A DNA stretch of 64,000 bases from Lama guanicoe (GCA_013239625.1 MU054338.1:4489371-4553370), one strand, 5' to 3'. Shown: positions 12,001 to 24,570, numbered from the stretch's first letter. The notes: a model not told the origin generated them from the letters alone. Numbers and translations: made by a program.

Positions 12001-14056
12001 ATATACAAATCATTTAAGAAATCATAGATGGTATTATGTTCCAAATTTGGATGCTGTTGGGCTGGAAGGATGATTCTGGGAGTGCAACCGTGCCCCCTCG
12101 GAGCCCAGGGCACCCAGCCAGCCCCCGGCAGGAAGAAGCACTGAGGGACCCTTCATCCTGGTGTGTCCTCCTGGGAGTATTGCTCTCCCACTGCCCCCCA
12201 CAGTGGGTGGGTGTCTGCCTCCGACCCCTTTCCCACACTGCTCTCCCCTGCACAGCGGGAAGCACCAAGTACTTCGGCACAGCCAAAGCCCGCTATGACT
12301 TCTGCGCCCGGGACCGATCGGAGCTGTCCCTCAAGGAGGGTGACATCATCAAGATCCTTAACAAGAAGGGGCAGCAGGGCTGGTGGCGAGGGGAGATCTA
12401 CGGCCGGGTGAGTTGGGGCAGAGCTTGGCAGCCCCAGGAAAGGGTGTGAGGTGGTCTGGCTGTGGTGAAGCTGTACTGGAATGGTGGGGTGGAGACGTTG
12501 GACGGTGGCTCACGGGGAGGGCGTCCCCGGTTGGAAGGGAGAAAGGGACAGAGATTTCATTCATTTGTGCAATTTGCATTTATTTGATGAGCACTTGCTC
12601 TGTGCCGGGCTTTCTGCTGGACGCCCAGGAGACAAAAAGGAGCCCAGCGCAGTCGCTGCCCTTGTGAAACTCCTGGCTTAGTGAGAAGCATAGAGCTGTA
12701 ACCACGCAGTTACAACAGCGAGTGGTTGAGACTGAGATGGGGAATCCTAAGGCATCATGGGAGCCCCAGGGGAACTCCTGACCCACCCTGGGAGCCGGAC
12801 CGGAGGGCTTCTGTGAGGCCAAGCTGGTTGCTGGGGGAGGAGTTACATGAACCAGGTAAAAAGGTCAGAGAGCGGGGTGTGAGGAAGTATGCCAGGCAGA
12901 GGGGCCAGCATGTGCAAAGGCCCTGGGGTGAGAGACTGACGGGCAGGTTTGAGGAGCACAAAGGGAAGGATTCGCCTGTCTTGTTCTCTGCAGTATCACC
13001 AGTGCCTGGAACAGTGACTGTCACATAGCAGACGCTCAGCACTTACTGACTGCGTGCAGAGGCAGGGCGGAGACAAACACTTTTGCCTTTTGTGTTCTTT
13101 TCTCTGCCCGAATTTGGGCTTTCAGTAGGGAGTTCAAATTTCTTCAAAAAGTTTGTTTCTGCCTGGTTCTTAATTTTGTCTCACAAAGGCAGAGTCTTCT
13201 TTATTTCATCTGTGGATGAATTCCTAGTCTCTGGAATACTGCCTTGCTTGTAGTGGTTTCTCAAAAGTATTTGTTGAATGAAGGTAAGGGCAGTGGTTAG
13301 GAGCTTACATTCTACCAGAGGGAAACATATGTGAAAAATGACCTGGAAAATGGCTTAGATAAAGTTTTCAGAACCATGGAGGGTAAATCCAGTGTGTAGT
13401 GGAGAACAGTTAGGGTTTGAGGGAGCCTTTTAGAGTGTTGAGGAAGGTCTGGGCTGTAAAGAATTTATCCATCGTTCATTCTATCCATCTGTCCATCCAT
13501 CCATCCATCCATCCATCCATCTATCCATCCATCCATCCGTTATTCCATTCATCCATTCATTCATCTTTTCAACAAATATTTATTATCTACTGTGTTCCAG
13601 GAACTATTCTAGGCTCTTGGATTCAGTGATGAATAAGACAACAGAAATTCCTGCCCTGTCGTAGTGAAGGGAGGTGGAAGAGACAATAAGCCCATAAATA
13701 AGTAATATATATAATCAGTTAGATAGTGCAGTGTTATGGAAAAGCAGGAAATGGGGATAAGGGGTGGTGGGGTGGGAGCTGTAATTTTAAACAGGATGTT
13801 TAGGTGATAAGGTGACATGTAGGTAGAAGACTGTAGGAGGTGGAGGTGTTCAGCTGAGGCTATATCTGAGGGAGATACTTTCTGGGGTAGAAAGTATGGC
13901 AGGTGCAAAGGCCCTGTGGTGGAAAGGAGTCTGCCTGGTGTTTCAGGGAACACTGGGAGAACCTGCAGAGGCTGCCCTGACCACTTCCTTGTCTCTTTCC
14001 AGGTTGGCTGGTTCCCCTCCAACTATGTGGAAGAGGATTATTCCGAATACTGCTGA
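1..14056 (+). CDS. VAV1: VAV1 guanine nucleotide exchange factor, 3' part (5'-truncated): join(<1..27,367..432,2797..2828,6990..7106,8729..8816,10732..10846,12256..12407,14003..14056)
   Basis: The spliced translation [56 protein letters not shown]...[18 protein letters not shown]...[34 protein letters not shown].../[19 protein letters not shown]...[22 protein letters not shown] is the VAV1 SH3-SH2-SH3 C-terminus. All introns are GT-AG and the phases are consistent. Confidence 0.98.
367..432 (+). CDS. VAV1: VAV1 exon, end of N-terminal SH3
   Basis: ttttag|[22 protein letters not shown]|gtgagt. Confidence 0.96.
1480..2270 (-). mobile_element. LINE-1 3' end fragment(s)
   Basis: Typical antisense L1 3' sequence (ttgatggacgtttgggttgcttccacctttt..., gtagccatcctgatggg). 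The minus-strand ORF resembles the L1 ORF2 C-terminus. Confidence 0.8.
2797..2828 (+). CDS. VAV1: VAV1 32-bp exon, SH3-SH2 linker
   Basis: ccccag|[10 protein letters not shown](W)|gtgagt. Confidence 0.95.
4059..5837. mobile_element. hAT-type non-autonomous DNA transposon (MER96B-like), interrupted by AT-rich sequence and an L1 fragment
   Basis: Inverted ends cagggcccgaactggggtgaggagagggagacac and gtgtctcactctcttcaccctgtttccgtcctg. Confidence 0.6.
5966..6727. mobile_element. MER21-like solo LTR
   Basis: Recognisable motifs caccagctgggggtcctgcaattcaa, gatcccacaggctaagggctcagtccca and ggagattccaaagattttaggag. Confidence 0.7.
6990..7106 (+). CDS. VAV1: VAV1 exon, SH2
   Basis: tgacag|[39 protein letters not shown]|gtaatt; contains the SH2 FLVR motif. 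Confidence 0.97.
   Translation, partial: VRWPHGACWGGKHPYQPLGRDVLGAAEGEGRCRICHQH
8226..8350 (-). mobile_element. tRNA-Ala-derived SINE (Vic-1-like)
   Basis: The reverse complement has tRNA-Ala A/B boxes (agctcaagtggcagagcgcatg...ggttcaatccccggtac) and an aaataaacctaattac tail. Confidence 0.85.
8729..8816 (+). CDS. VAV1: VAV1 exon, SH2
   Basis: ttccag|[29 protein letters not shown]|gtaagg. Confidence 0.97.
10732..10846 (+). CDS. VAV1: VAV1 exon, end of SH2 and linker
   Basis: ttccag|[38 protein letters not shown]|gtagga. Confidence 0.97.
11720..11809 (-). mobile_element. tRNA-Ala-derived SINE, truncated
   Basis: ggaggtatgggagattgaacccaggacctcatgcatgctaag...ctctaccact. Confidence 0.8.
12256..12407 (+). 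CDS. VAV1: VAV1 exon, C-terminal SH3
   Basis: gcacag|[50 protein letters not shown]|gtgagt. Confidence 0.97.
13490..13563 (+). repeat. (TCCA)n microsatellite
   Basis: Imperfect ccat/tcca tetramer run. Confidence 0.9.
14003..14056 (+). CDS. VAV1: VAV1 last coding exon
   Basis: ttccag|[20 protein letters not shown]. Confidence 0.97.
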   Translation, partial: VGWFPSNYVEEDYSEYC

Positions 14057-14286
14057 GCTTTGGCACATTGGCAGAGAGATGAGAATCTCCAGGCTCTGAG
14101 CCCAGGATGAACGGGCAGTAGGGCCAGGGGCTGTGACGGATCCTGGCGGGCTGAGTGTCTTGGATGGACTGCGGAGGGCCAGCATCCAGCTGGCAGGGCT
14201 CCTGGGTGGATGCCCTGTCATGGTTAATTTATATCACACTGATTTCCTCTTGGGTCCCCTTGAGAAGGTGGGGCTCAAGGTAACCG

Positions 14287-14292
14287 AATAAA
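14287..14292 (+). terminator. VAV1 polyadenylation signal
   Basis: AATAAA about 230 nt after the stop codon, followed by GT-rich sequence. Confidence 0.8.
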
Positions 14293-15789
14293 ATGGTGAA
14301 TGGATGTGCTGGTGTCGTTCAGAAAGACCTGGAAGGGGAAAGATGGGAAAGGGCACTGGGACGCAGACAAAAGCCCCCTCGCCAGTTCCTGCCACCAGCT
14401 CTCACACCTTTCTCTGCCGCTCTTTCCCCGTGTAGCAGGAAAGAATTTTACACTCACAGATTCTGGATCAGGAAAATGTAACTCTCATTTGTTTTTTTAT
14501 GTGATAGAATGTAATTACCGTTTGGAGCCCCTCCGGTTCTGCTAAGCGGTAGAAACTTGATCGCAGTCGAGTCTGGGTCTCCTGAGTCAATTCTCTCCAA
14601 GATCATGTTTAGATCCCAGAGGCTTTGGCACTGGAATGCTGGAGAGACTGGTACTGGGTGACTGCCGTCCATCACACTGCCTCCTGCTGAGATGTCACTG
14701 CTTCTCCTTCCTCTTTGGCGCCTCTGTGTCTTCCACACCCCTTTTGGCACATGTGAGGCCAGGCACCTGGCAGTTTCCCTGTAAATGTTGACCGGGATGA
14801 CTGTACATCCTGGTTGCCCCAGGACGATCCTGGCTATTGCCCTGATGTGGTTATTAATCACGATCCTCTTCATTCTCCAGAACGTCCTGGTTTGGATGGT
14901 AAATTACGTGGTCACTGTCTCAGGTTGAGCTGCTGTAGGAGCAGAGCCTGAGACAAGGATTTGGGGGTGCAAAGTCTATCTGGGCGGTGATCCAAGGAAG
15001 CAGCTGGGAGAGAGTGGAGAAGAGAGATTAGAACGGGGGAAGACGTCACAGGGAGCATCGATGAGCAGATGACAGCTGTGGGCAATGGGGACCCCTTCTT
15101 ACTGGGGACCCTGGCAGTCAGTGCAGAGCAAGCTTTGGAGTTGAGGGGCGAGGGAGCTGGGGTATTTATTCACCAGCTTCCACCGGTAATTGCTTGGGAG
15201 CTACTTGCATGTTGGCACTACGTGCTCTGGTAGCCAGAGAACCACAGGCGTATTTGGAGCCACTGACCTGCGTGGACCTTGTCAGTGCTGGGGAGCTATG
15301 CCTGCTCTGAGGATGCTGTCACATGTGAGATGTGGGGGGAGCTCTGTAGAGCCTATGTCTTGGGGTCCAGGGGTCTCCGGGGAACCTTTTCCCCTCCCTC
15401 ATACCCCCCCAAAGCCACATAGATGGGGACTAGGCCAGTGTGGTACAGAGATGCATCGCTGGATTCATCTCTGAGTTGAACTATCTTCTTTCCCACCCAG
15501 CCCTTCCCGTCTGCTTTGGGGAACCGGGATCAATTTTGTTGCAGGAAAAGTTGACTCAGCCTGATGAATGCTCTTCCACATAGAGAACCAGGCTTTCTTC
15601 CTACCTCGTAGAATTTATGATTTTTTTCAATTGTGGCAAAATACACATAACATAAAAACTGACCATCCTAACCAGTTTCACGTGTCCGGTTAAGTGGCGG
15701 AATGTATATTTGCACCGTTGTGCGACCAGTCTCCAGAAATTTTCATCTTGCAGAAGGAAGTTCTCCTCGTTGAGCAACTGTCTTCCCAA

Positions 15790-16115
15790 ATGTACGTTTT
15801 GAAAGCCTCGCCCCCGGAGACCTCAGAATGTGACTGAGTCTGGAGCAAGGGTCTTTAAAGAGGTAGCTAGGTTAAATGATGCCATCAGGGAGGGCCCTAA
15901 TCCAACATGACTGGTGTCTTCATAAAATCGAGACACAGACATTCACGTACCATATGAGGACACAGGGGGAAGGTGGCATCTACTTAAACTAAGGAACGAA
16001 GTCGCAGCAGAAACCAGCCCTATCGATGCCTTGCTCTCTGACTTCTGGCCTCCAGAACCGTGAAACCATAAGTGTCTGCTGTTTAAGCGCCTTTGTTAGG
16101 GCAGCCCAAGCAAAC
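15790..16115 (+). mobile_element. MLT1 (ERVL-MaLR) LTR
   Basis: acctcagaatgtgact...gggccctaatcca...gacttctggcctccagaac. Confidence 0.75.
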
Positions 16116-16748
16116 TAGCACCACAGCTTTGTGCCATGTGAACGAATCGGGCAGAGACGCGCCTGCCAAGTGCACACACTCTAACTGGGGACTTGACCTG
16201 TGCCCTCGGTGATCGTAACTTGGCAGTGATGTTTCACAGTGAGGGAAGCCAGGATAAGAGACAGATCTAACCTGGTCTTGGGTTGGGAGGATGGTCAAGG
16301 AGGGCTTCCTGGAGGAGGACGCATCTAAGGTGGTACCTGAACAATGAGCTGGAGTTATTTAAGAAAAGTGGCAGGGCTGGGTGGGTTTAGGGGAAAGTGC
16401 AAATGAGAGTGTGCCTCGTGAGTTCCGGAAACTACAAGTGGTTCACTTTGCTTAGAGGGGAAGGGAGAGTGAGGGGTTGAAAAAATGCTGGGCGTGCCTT
16501 CTTATGTGTCCCCCAGGAAGACACCTTCTGGAGGAGGCCGCCTCTCCCAGGCTGGTGGAGATGACGAGGGACCTCAGGTGTGCCCTGGCGTGGCTTGCCT
16601 GATGGTTGGAGAGCTGGATTCGAGGGAACAGCTGTCACTCAAATACACTGGCACAGAGAGGTTCAGGGGGACGCACAGCAGCTCCAGGAGGCCCTAACTC
16701 GGAAGTTCTCTGGTGCTGGCTGGCAGTCACATCCGGCAGCCTGGGGAT

Positions 16749-16785
<37 letters not shown>

Positions 16786-16788
<3 letters not shown>

Positions 16789-17197
16789 TTAGCTTGCTCA
16801 GGCTGCTGAAACAAAGCACCACAAACTAAGTGGCTTAAGTAAAGAACAAACTTACCACCTGACAGTTCTGGAAGCCGGAAGTCCAGGATCAAGCTGTCAT
16901 CGGTGGGGCCACGCTCCCTCTGAAGACGCCAGAGAAGAATCCGTTCCAGGCATCTCTCACACCTCCTGGGAGTTTCTTGGCTTGCCGGCTTGTGGTAGCA
17001 AAACGCCAGTGTTCACCCAGCATCCTCCCTGTGTCCAAATTTCTCCCTCTTATAAGGACCCCCGTGCTGCTGGATGAAGGGCTCACCCTACTCCAGCATC
17101 ACCCAAGACCCAGTTTCCAAATAAGGTCACATTCTGAGGTCCTGGGGATTTTGGACTCCAACATGTGATCTCGGGGAGGGTGCAATTTAACCCATAA
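16786..17197 (-). mobile_element. MLT1 (ERVL-MaLR) LTR
   Basis: accacaaactaagtggcttaa...cagttctggaagccggaagtcc...ggtcacattctgaggt. Confidence 0.75.
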
Positions 17198-17803
17198 CAC
17201 ACGTAATGCATACGAAAGCCGTTATGCAGATCCCCCTGCGCAAGTGGCCAAGCAGATGTGCAGACGACCATGAAGAAACACAGCCCCCCCCAATACACAG
17301 ACGGTCAAATACAGCGGGTAGAGACTGACAAGCAGACACGCAGATGGACACAGACAGACGGGCCGACAGAGTATCTGCCCAAATACAACAGCAAGCAGGC
17401 AGCTCTAGAGACGCGTAGACCCAGAGACACTTCCCCCATCACAACAGGCAAAAGACCCCAGACCCAAACACTCTCCTTTCCAAACACCAGAACAGACGGA
17501 ACCAAGAACAGAAACACACACACAGATGCAAAAATACCGACATCCTCTTCAACAGGTAATTCACACATGTGCTTGTAAAACTGATTTATATAGACACAGA
17601 GACATAGATGGACTCAGCCAGGCACAGAAACACACCCCAAACACCTACCTCCATGTACAACAGATGGTCCCCGACACAGACAGGCAGACACCCTCAAATA
17701 GACTCACTCACACACCCCGCCCTGGGACCTTGCTAACTCATCCACAGGTGAAATCTGTGAACAGACCAAACCCAGCCAGCTTGGGGGCACCGAAGCAGGG
17801 GCA

Positions 17804-17930
17804 GGGAGGGTCTAGCTCAGTGGCAGAGTGTGTGGTTAGCATGCACGAGGTTCTGGGTTCAATCCCCAGTACCTCCATTAAAATAAGTAAATACGTAAAC
17901 TTAACCTCCCCCCTCAAAAAGCTAAAAAAG
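17804..17930 (+). mobile_element. tRNA-Ala-derived SINE (Vic-1-like)
   Basis: gggagggtctagctcagtggcagag...ttagcatgcacgaggttctgggttcaatccccagtacctcca followed by an A-rich tail. Confidence 0.88.
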
Positions 17931-18002
17931 AATTTAAGGTTCAAAACCCAGTCAGGCAGATATCCATTCAATCAAACAGGACACTTAGAAACATCACAGA
18001 GA

Positions 18003-18003
18003 T

Positions 18004-18059
<56 letters not shown>

Positions 18060-18088
18060 TACACACACACACACACACACACACACAC
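18003..18088 (+). repeat. (CA)n microsatellite, interrupted
   Basis: Long CA run. Shorter CA/TG runs occur at about 296, 16751, 26787, 49821 and 60330. Confidence 0.95.
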
Positions 18089-19759
18089 CACGAGCATAAG
18101 GCAGATAGCTGCAAAGTCGAGTCAAGCTTGCCCTCTGGTGGACAGTAGCAGTAGTGCCCCAACCTCCTTGATAACCTGGGCCCCTGCTTGGGGAAAGGAG
18201 GCGCTGGGGGAAGGGAGCAGAGAGGGCAGAGGAAGAGGTGTGGTGTATGTAGGGGTGTGTGTGTGTGGGCGCGTGTGCATGTGAACAAGCCTGTCTATAT
18301 GAGCCCGTGGGCACCAGAAAGAACTCCTGGTGTTTTTGGCTTTGCAGCTGGTCAGCATCCTCACACCGCCCCGTGGTACCCCCCTACTCACACACCCCAA
18401 AGCCCAGGGAAGGACCTACCTGGAGAGAGCCATCGAGGTCTCATTCCAGAGTCCTGCTGGGTCAAACAGTCGCAGCCTCATGTGGCCAGGATGGAGCAAG
18501 AGGGAGAAACAGAGTTGGAGGAGCCTAGAGGGATGAGAGATTTCCTGCAAGGTGAGGTTGGATCTGGGTCTTTGAAAGATAAGCATGTGTTTATACTGTT
18601 GAAACGGCAAAGGAACATACTGTAGGTGGAGTGGGCTCTACCTAGGGACTTTGGCTGTAATCCGAAGGCTCGTTCTAATTCTTTAATCCCTTCCAGGGCT
18701 CAGCTTTGGTTTTTTAGTTCGTACCCTGTATTTCCAGAAGAGAAATGGAGCCATCCAAAGAAATGACTCTCTAATAGTGGAATGCCAATGGAGTCAGGCA
18801 CAGGGCAGATTTTCTTTCTTTCTTTTGAAAACCAGTTTAATTAGGTATGATTAACATATAAAAATATGCATTGAGTATATGCATTGCAATGAGTTTGGGG
18901 GTACATATCCGCCTGTGAACTCATCACCACCATCAAGGCCTTAAGTATACCACCACCTGACGTCTACTTCTGCGGTGGATTGCCATGCTGGGACTTCGTC
19001 ACATTTCACGGGGGGCTACTGACACCACGAAACCCTTCACTCAGAGACCCAGCATGCTCTGTTTCCCTGGAGTTTGAGACAGGGCAGGGGAGGCTCAGGT
19101 CCCATGAAATCTTTCCCCACTGCGACTCTAGTGCACCAATTTGAAGCTGTGTGCTGCCCTCTAGTGCTCTTTGCTGATTTGGACCACGTTTTGTGTATCC
19201 ATTCATCTGCCCGTAGAATTTTGGGTTGTTTCCACCTCTTGGCTGCTGAGAACAGTACTTCTGCGAATGGTTGTTTTTTTTTTTTTACAATTTTAAATGG
19301 TTGAAGAAAATTAAGGAAGAATACTATTTCATGACATGTGACAAGTATATGAGATTTGAGTATCAGTGTCCACAGAAAAAATTTTCTTGGCACATGGTTA
19401 CATTCATTCCTGTACCTTCTACGACTGCTTTCACACTGCAGTGGCACAGTTAAAACAGGGACCCAATGGCTTCCAAAGTGGGAAATATTTACTGTCTGGA
19501 CCCGTACGGAAAAAGTTACTGACCTTGAGCTAAGAGATCACAAATGCTGGTTTTTCGGCATCTCATTTGCCAGCCCTGTTTTGATGATATAATAAAGCTC
19601 TTTTATTGCTTTTTATGTTCTTCCACATTTGGGGACTGCAGTCTAACTGACAGAGAGCTACACCTTCTGTACTTGGAGTGTATGTATGGCGTGTATTGTA
19701 TTAGTGATACTAATTGACATATGTTTGCTGTGTACTTGTTACTCTGAGTGCTTTTTTTA

Positions 19760-19896
19760 AGCTTTTTTTTGGAGGGGGGGTGTAATTAGGTTTATTTATT
19801 TATTAAAATTTTTTTTTCTAATGGAGGTATTGGGGACTGAACCCAGGACCTTATGCGTTCTAAGCACACACACTCTACCACCGAGCTACACCCTTC
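19760..19896 (-). mobile_element. tRNA-Ala-derived SINE (Vic-1-like)
   Basis: Same head and tail motifs on the minus strand. Confidence 0.82.
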
Positions 19897-20049
19897 TTTT
19901 CTTCTAGGTGATTTTGATATGTTACTTCATTCAGTCTTCATGATAACTATTTGAAGTAGACATATGTTTTAGTAGATGAGAAACTGAGGGTCAGAGAGGC
20001 TCTCCCACTTTAAGGTCACATGTTAAGTGGTTGGAGCTGGAATGTAAGT

Positions 20050-20430
20050 GTGATAGGCTGAGCAGTGTCCCCTCCTCCCCACTCATATGCTGAAATCCTC
20101 ACCCTCAGGACCTCAGAATGTGACTGTGTTTGGGGATGGGGGTCTTTACAGAGCTGATTAAGTGAAATGAGGTCATTAGTGTGGGCCCTGATCCAGGAGG
20201 ACTGTGTTCCTGTAAGAGGAGATTAGGACTCAGATATATAGGGGAGACCAAGTGAGGGCGCGGGAGAAGACAGCCGTTTGCAAGCCGAGGGTAGAGTCCT
20301 CAGAGGGAACCAGCCCTGCGGACACCTTGATGGTGGACTTCCAGCCTCCAGAACGTGAGGAAATAAATACCTACTGTTTAAGTTCCCCAGACCGCGGTAG
20401 TTTGTCATGGTGGCTTTAGCAAACAAATAG
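20050..20430 (+). mobile_element. MLT1 (ERVL-MaLR) LTR
   Basis: gacctcagaatgtgactgtg...gacaccttgatggtggacttccagcctccagaac. Confidence 0.75.
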
Positions 20431-21549
20431 AGTTGAACTAATTCCATCTACCAGAAAACAGTCACTTCTTGAAGCTCACAGAATACACTGTCCCTCGTTC
20501 AGGCTGTCTCCTTCTGAAGTCTCTCTCCTTCCAGAATCTTCCTCCCTCTCAGAGGCTCAGACCTGGAGACCCACATTCTTTCTTCTTACATCCTTGGGGA
20601 TCTACTTCCCCCCAATTCTGGCCCCTAGTTGCCTGAGCTTTGGGGAGCGAGTATGATGAATTGCACTCTACCACTGAGATACACACTTCCCCAGTGATAA
20701 CTATAAAAACATTTGGGGAACTGAGTTTCTGCTGAAATTTTGCAGAGAGAGATAGAGTGTGTGGACAGCAATGCTTGCAAACACCAGTGACCCACTGGAA
20801 GGGGGAAGGAAATGTGAATTATTGCATATGCACACAACAGCCCACTTATGTAGGTTTAAGGGTGTGACCGAGCTCCGAACATTGATGGGGAAGAATTTCC
20901 AAGAAACATTTCTTATCAGTCAAAGTGCAGTTAGGAAAAATGAGCTGTACTAGATTTTATTGTTTCATTTGAATTTTAAAAGAAGTATGGATTTTGATAG
21001 TTTCTAAGCTTTCTAAGGTCGAACGTATTTATCAGCATGAAATGAGATCAGCTCTCCATTTAAACAAATGTTAACATGAAAGGAGACCACACTTCCCTGA
21101 AGAAACCCGAAATGCATGTCTTTTCGTCCCTGTAAATAGCATGAAATAATTTGGTCCCTTTATATAATGTGCACAATAAAATAGTTTGGCAGAGTGGTGG
21201 GTATTCTTTATCTTGAAGTCAGTCTTACCAACTTTATCAAGGGAGTGATTTATGTACAACAAACTACTTCCTTTCACAGTGTAAAATCTGATGAGTTTTG
21301 ACGACCTCTGCCACAGTCAAGATACAGAACATTTCCATAATCTCTCTAGATTTTCTTGAGCCCTTTTATAATCCCTTCCCCCACCCCCGCACTCCTGACC
21401 GTAGGCAACCCTGGAAGCTTGTATCTGATTTTCTCTGGATTTCAACCCTTTCTCCCTCTGGGGTTTGTTGGTTTTTTTATGAGTTAGATATTTTATTAAA
21501 ATTAATTACCTGTTTTTTTCACTTTTAAAATATGGTTTCTGGAATTTTT

Positions 21550-22263
21550 TTTAATTCTTATATTTTATTGAAGTGTATTCAATTTACAATGTTAATTTCA
21601 GGTATACAGTAAAGCCGTTCAGTTATATATATACATAAATATATTTTTCTTCAGTTTCTTTTCTATTATGGCTCATTAGAAGAAACTGAATATAGTTCCC
21701 TGTGCTATCCAGTAAGTCCTTGTTTATTTTATATATAGCGGTGTGTATCTGTTAATCCCAAGTTACTGCTCTATCCCTTCCCTGCCTTTCCCCACCCTGG
21801 TAACCAGTTTGTTTTCTATGTCTGTGAGTTTATTTCTGGTTTGTAAATAAAATTTGTATTTTTTTTTAAGATTCCACATACAAGAGACATCATATGATAT
21901 TTGTCTTTCTCTGACTTACTTCACTTAATATGGTCATTGGTAGGTCCATCCATGTTGCTGCAAATGGCATTATTCCATTCTTTTTATGGCTGAGTAGTAT
22001 TCCGTTGTGTATATATATACCACAACTTCTTTATTCAGTTATCTGTTGATGGACATTTAGGTTGTTTCCATGCCTTGGCTATTGTTAATCATGCTGCTGT
22101 GAACACTGGGGTGCATGTATCTTTTTGAATTATAATTTTCTCTGGGTATATGCCCAGGAGTGGGATTGCTGGATCATATGGTAACTCTATTTTTAATTTT
22201 TTAAGGAATCTCCATCCTGTCCTCCATAGAGGTTGCACCAAACTACATTCCCACCAACAGTGT
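21550..22263 (-). mobile_element. LINE-1 3' fragment
   Basis: Minus-strand ORF 22089-22304 ([14 protein letters not shown]...[15 protein letters not shown]) is the L1 ORF2 C-terminus, followed by the L1 3' UTR. Confidence 0.9.
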
Positions 22264-22813
22264 AATCCCTTTCTTCTTTGTTGATTTGCTTTGTACTTTT
22301 GCATGGTAATAAAGCAGAGCCATGAGGATGACTATATACTGGGTTCTGTGAGCCATCCCAGGGAATCATTGAACCGGGCTGTGGTTCTGGGGCACCATCG
22401 CAAAACCGCCTCTACTTACCAGGGGTCTTAGGTGCCCTGGGTAACTGTGGATCCTTCTGAGAAAGCGGGGGCTCTGCCTCCATCAGCTGCTTCCCTCCCA
22501 GGACTCTTATTCCTTTCATACCACAGGAGGGCAGCTACTGCTCACCGTCCACCCACTCAAATCTCTGATTTTCTCCCTGGGGGAAGAGCAGGGTCAGGGG
22601 ATTTCCCAGTTCCTCTTTCTTTCTTCTTCCTCATTTGAGTCTTCATTTTCTGGGATACAGCAGCCAACAAAATTCCTTCCCTGCCCCCAGGATGTTCCCA
22701 GTCTTTGGAGGGAAACAGGCATTCAGACAAGCGTAGATCATACTGACTGCTGGGATTTGAGGAACACAGAGGAGATCCCTAACACTGAAGGAGAGGTCAG
22801 GGAGGGCTTCCGG

Positions 22814-22936
22814 GGAGGAGGTGGTATTTACATGGAAGGCTCCCTGGAGGAGGTGATATTTACACAGGAAGCTTCCCTGGAAGAGGTGATATTTACATGG
22901 AAGGCTCCCTGGAGGAGGTGATATTTACATGGGAAG
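22814..22936 (+). repeat. Minisatellite, about 4 copies of a 32-33-bp unit
   Basis: ggaggaggtgatatttacatggaaggctccct repeated. Confidence 0.85.
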
Positions 22937-23939
22937 ATGCATAGGATATGGGGTGAGGGACCCCATGTCAACCTGCGGCCAAGAGACAGCTTACCGTTTA
23001 ATGGCTGGGAGGGATTCTTAAGTTCCCCCTGGAAGCACATTCTGCCATGAGGATTCTTGTTCATGGGGTTCACTGAGGGAGGGTGTTTAGCAGAGGATGA
23101 GTCGGGGAGCAGGGTAAGATGGAGGAAACTGTTGAGCAAGGAGGTGGTCTCAGCTGGAGTCCAGCCTCCACCTGATCCCATAGGGATCCCCAGAACCCGA
23201 ATAACACCACTGAGTTGATCTCGCCTTGGGCTGAGGGCTGGCTTTGATCTCTGTGACCGTCAGTTATCGGCTGTGGGCTCTGCAGGCTTTGAACTGAAGA
23301 GCAGTTCTCTGGAGAAGGGGAAGCTGTGAGCTGTTAGCCAACAACACTCACGCAGCTGGGGAATGAGTGCTCTAGCTGCCCAAGGGTGGCTGGACATGCC
23401 ATCAACAGTGTCCACCAAAGGAGACTTCCGTTAGTTTAGGATGACTGCAGCTTTGGAGGAACCAATGAAGCCGGAGGGGGACCAGTGTATAGGACTAGGC
23501 AGGGTCTTGAGTGCCCTCATGAGTCTGGACTTCATTCTGAAGGTAATGGGGAAGGTTTAGAGTACAGGGGGAACATGATCAAGTTTGGTAGGGCTGCCTT
23601 GAAGTCACCCCTCCCCCTTAAGACGCCTGCGTTAAGACTGAGGATAAGTGATGTCTCCGAGGCAGATTTCTTCAGTCTTGAGCGTCCCTCAATTTCCTCT
23701 TTGCCGGGAAAGTCATGAGGGGTTAAGCTTCTGCAAGCCACGTGGCTAGAATTGTGCGTTTCCTTCCCTTTCTTCTCCCCTTACCCCAGCCCTCGTCCCT
23801 CGAAGCTCTCTGCAGTCCAAATTTTGTAGTCATCTCTTTTGGGTTTGAAGGTGGCTGGTGTTTTGTGTTCTCAGTCACTCACCAGGACCCCAGACCCCCT
23901 CCATAGTAGGTAAAATAATGAGGCTCCCCCAGACCCCCA

Positions 23940-24168
23940 CCAGGTTGTCTACATCCTAGTCGCCGGATGCTGTGAATACCTGATCTTACACGGCAAAAGG
24001 GACTTTGCAAGTGTGATGACTTAAAAGGATCTAGAGACAGGAAAACTGTTCTGTATTGTCTGTGTAGATCTAGTGTAATCACAGGGTCCTTTTAAGAAGG
24101 GAAAGGGAGAGAAGAGAGAAAGGGAGGGGTAGGGAGGGGTGAGATTGAGGACAGAAAGAATGAGAGAA

Positions 24169-24209
<41 letters not shown>

Positions 24210-24570
24210 CCTACCTACCTACTTACCTACCTACCTATTTATCTATCTATTCATGGAGTGAGTGTGTGTATGAGAGAGAGAGGGAAAGAGAGAGAGAGAT
24301 TTGGAGATATTGTGCTACTGGCTTTAAAGATGGAGGAAGGGGCTTGGAGCCAAGGGATGAGGACAGCCTCCAGAAGCTCAGAAAAACAGGGAATGGACTC
24401 CCTGCTACAGCCTCCAGAAGGAACACAGCCCCACTGGCATCTTGATTTCAACCCTCGTAAGACTCATTTGAGACTCTGACCTTCAGACCTTTAATGTGAT
24501 AAATTTGTGTTGTTTCAAGGCACTAAGTTTGTGGCGATTTGTTTTGGCAGCAGTGGGAAACTCATCTACC
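23940..24570 (+). mobile_element. MLT1D-like LTR containing a (TATC)n/(TACC)n microsatellite
   Basis: cggcaaaagggactttgca...ctggctttaaagatggagg...gcctccagaaggaacacagcc...cactaagtttgtgg. Confidence 0.72.

Noticed and set aside
17804..17880. Functional tRNA-Ala gene
   Set aside because: The stems are diverged, and the shared A-rich SINE tail and multiple dispersed copies indicate a SINE.
17526..18284. 252-aa ORF
   Set aside because: It runs through a SINE and a (CA)n microsatellite (HTHT runs) and has no domain or exon structure.
22814..22936. CRISPR-like array
   Set aside because: The units are contiguous with no unique spacers, and the context is mammalian.
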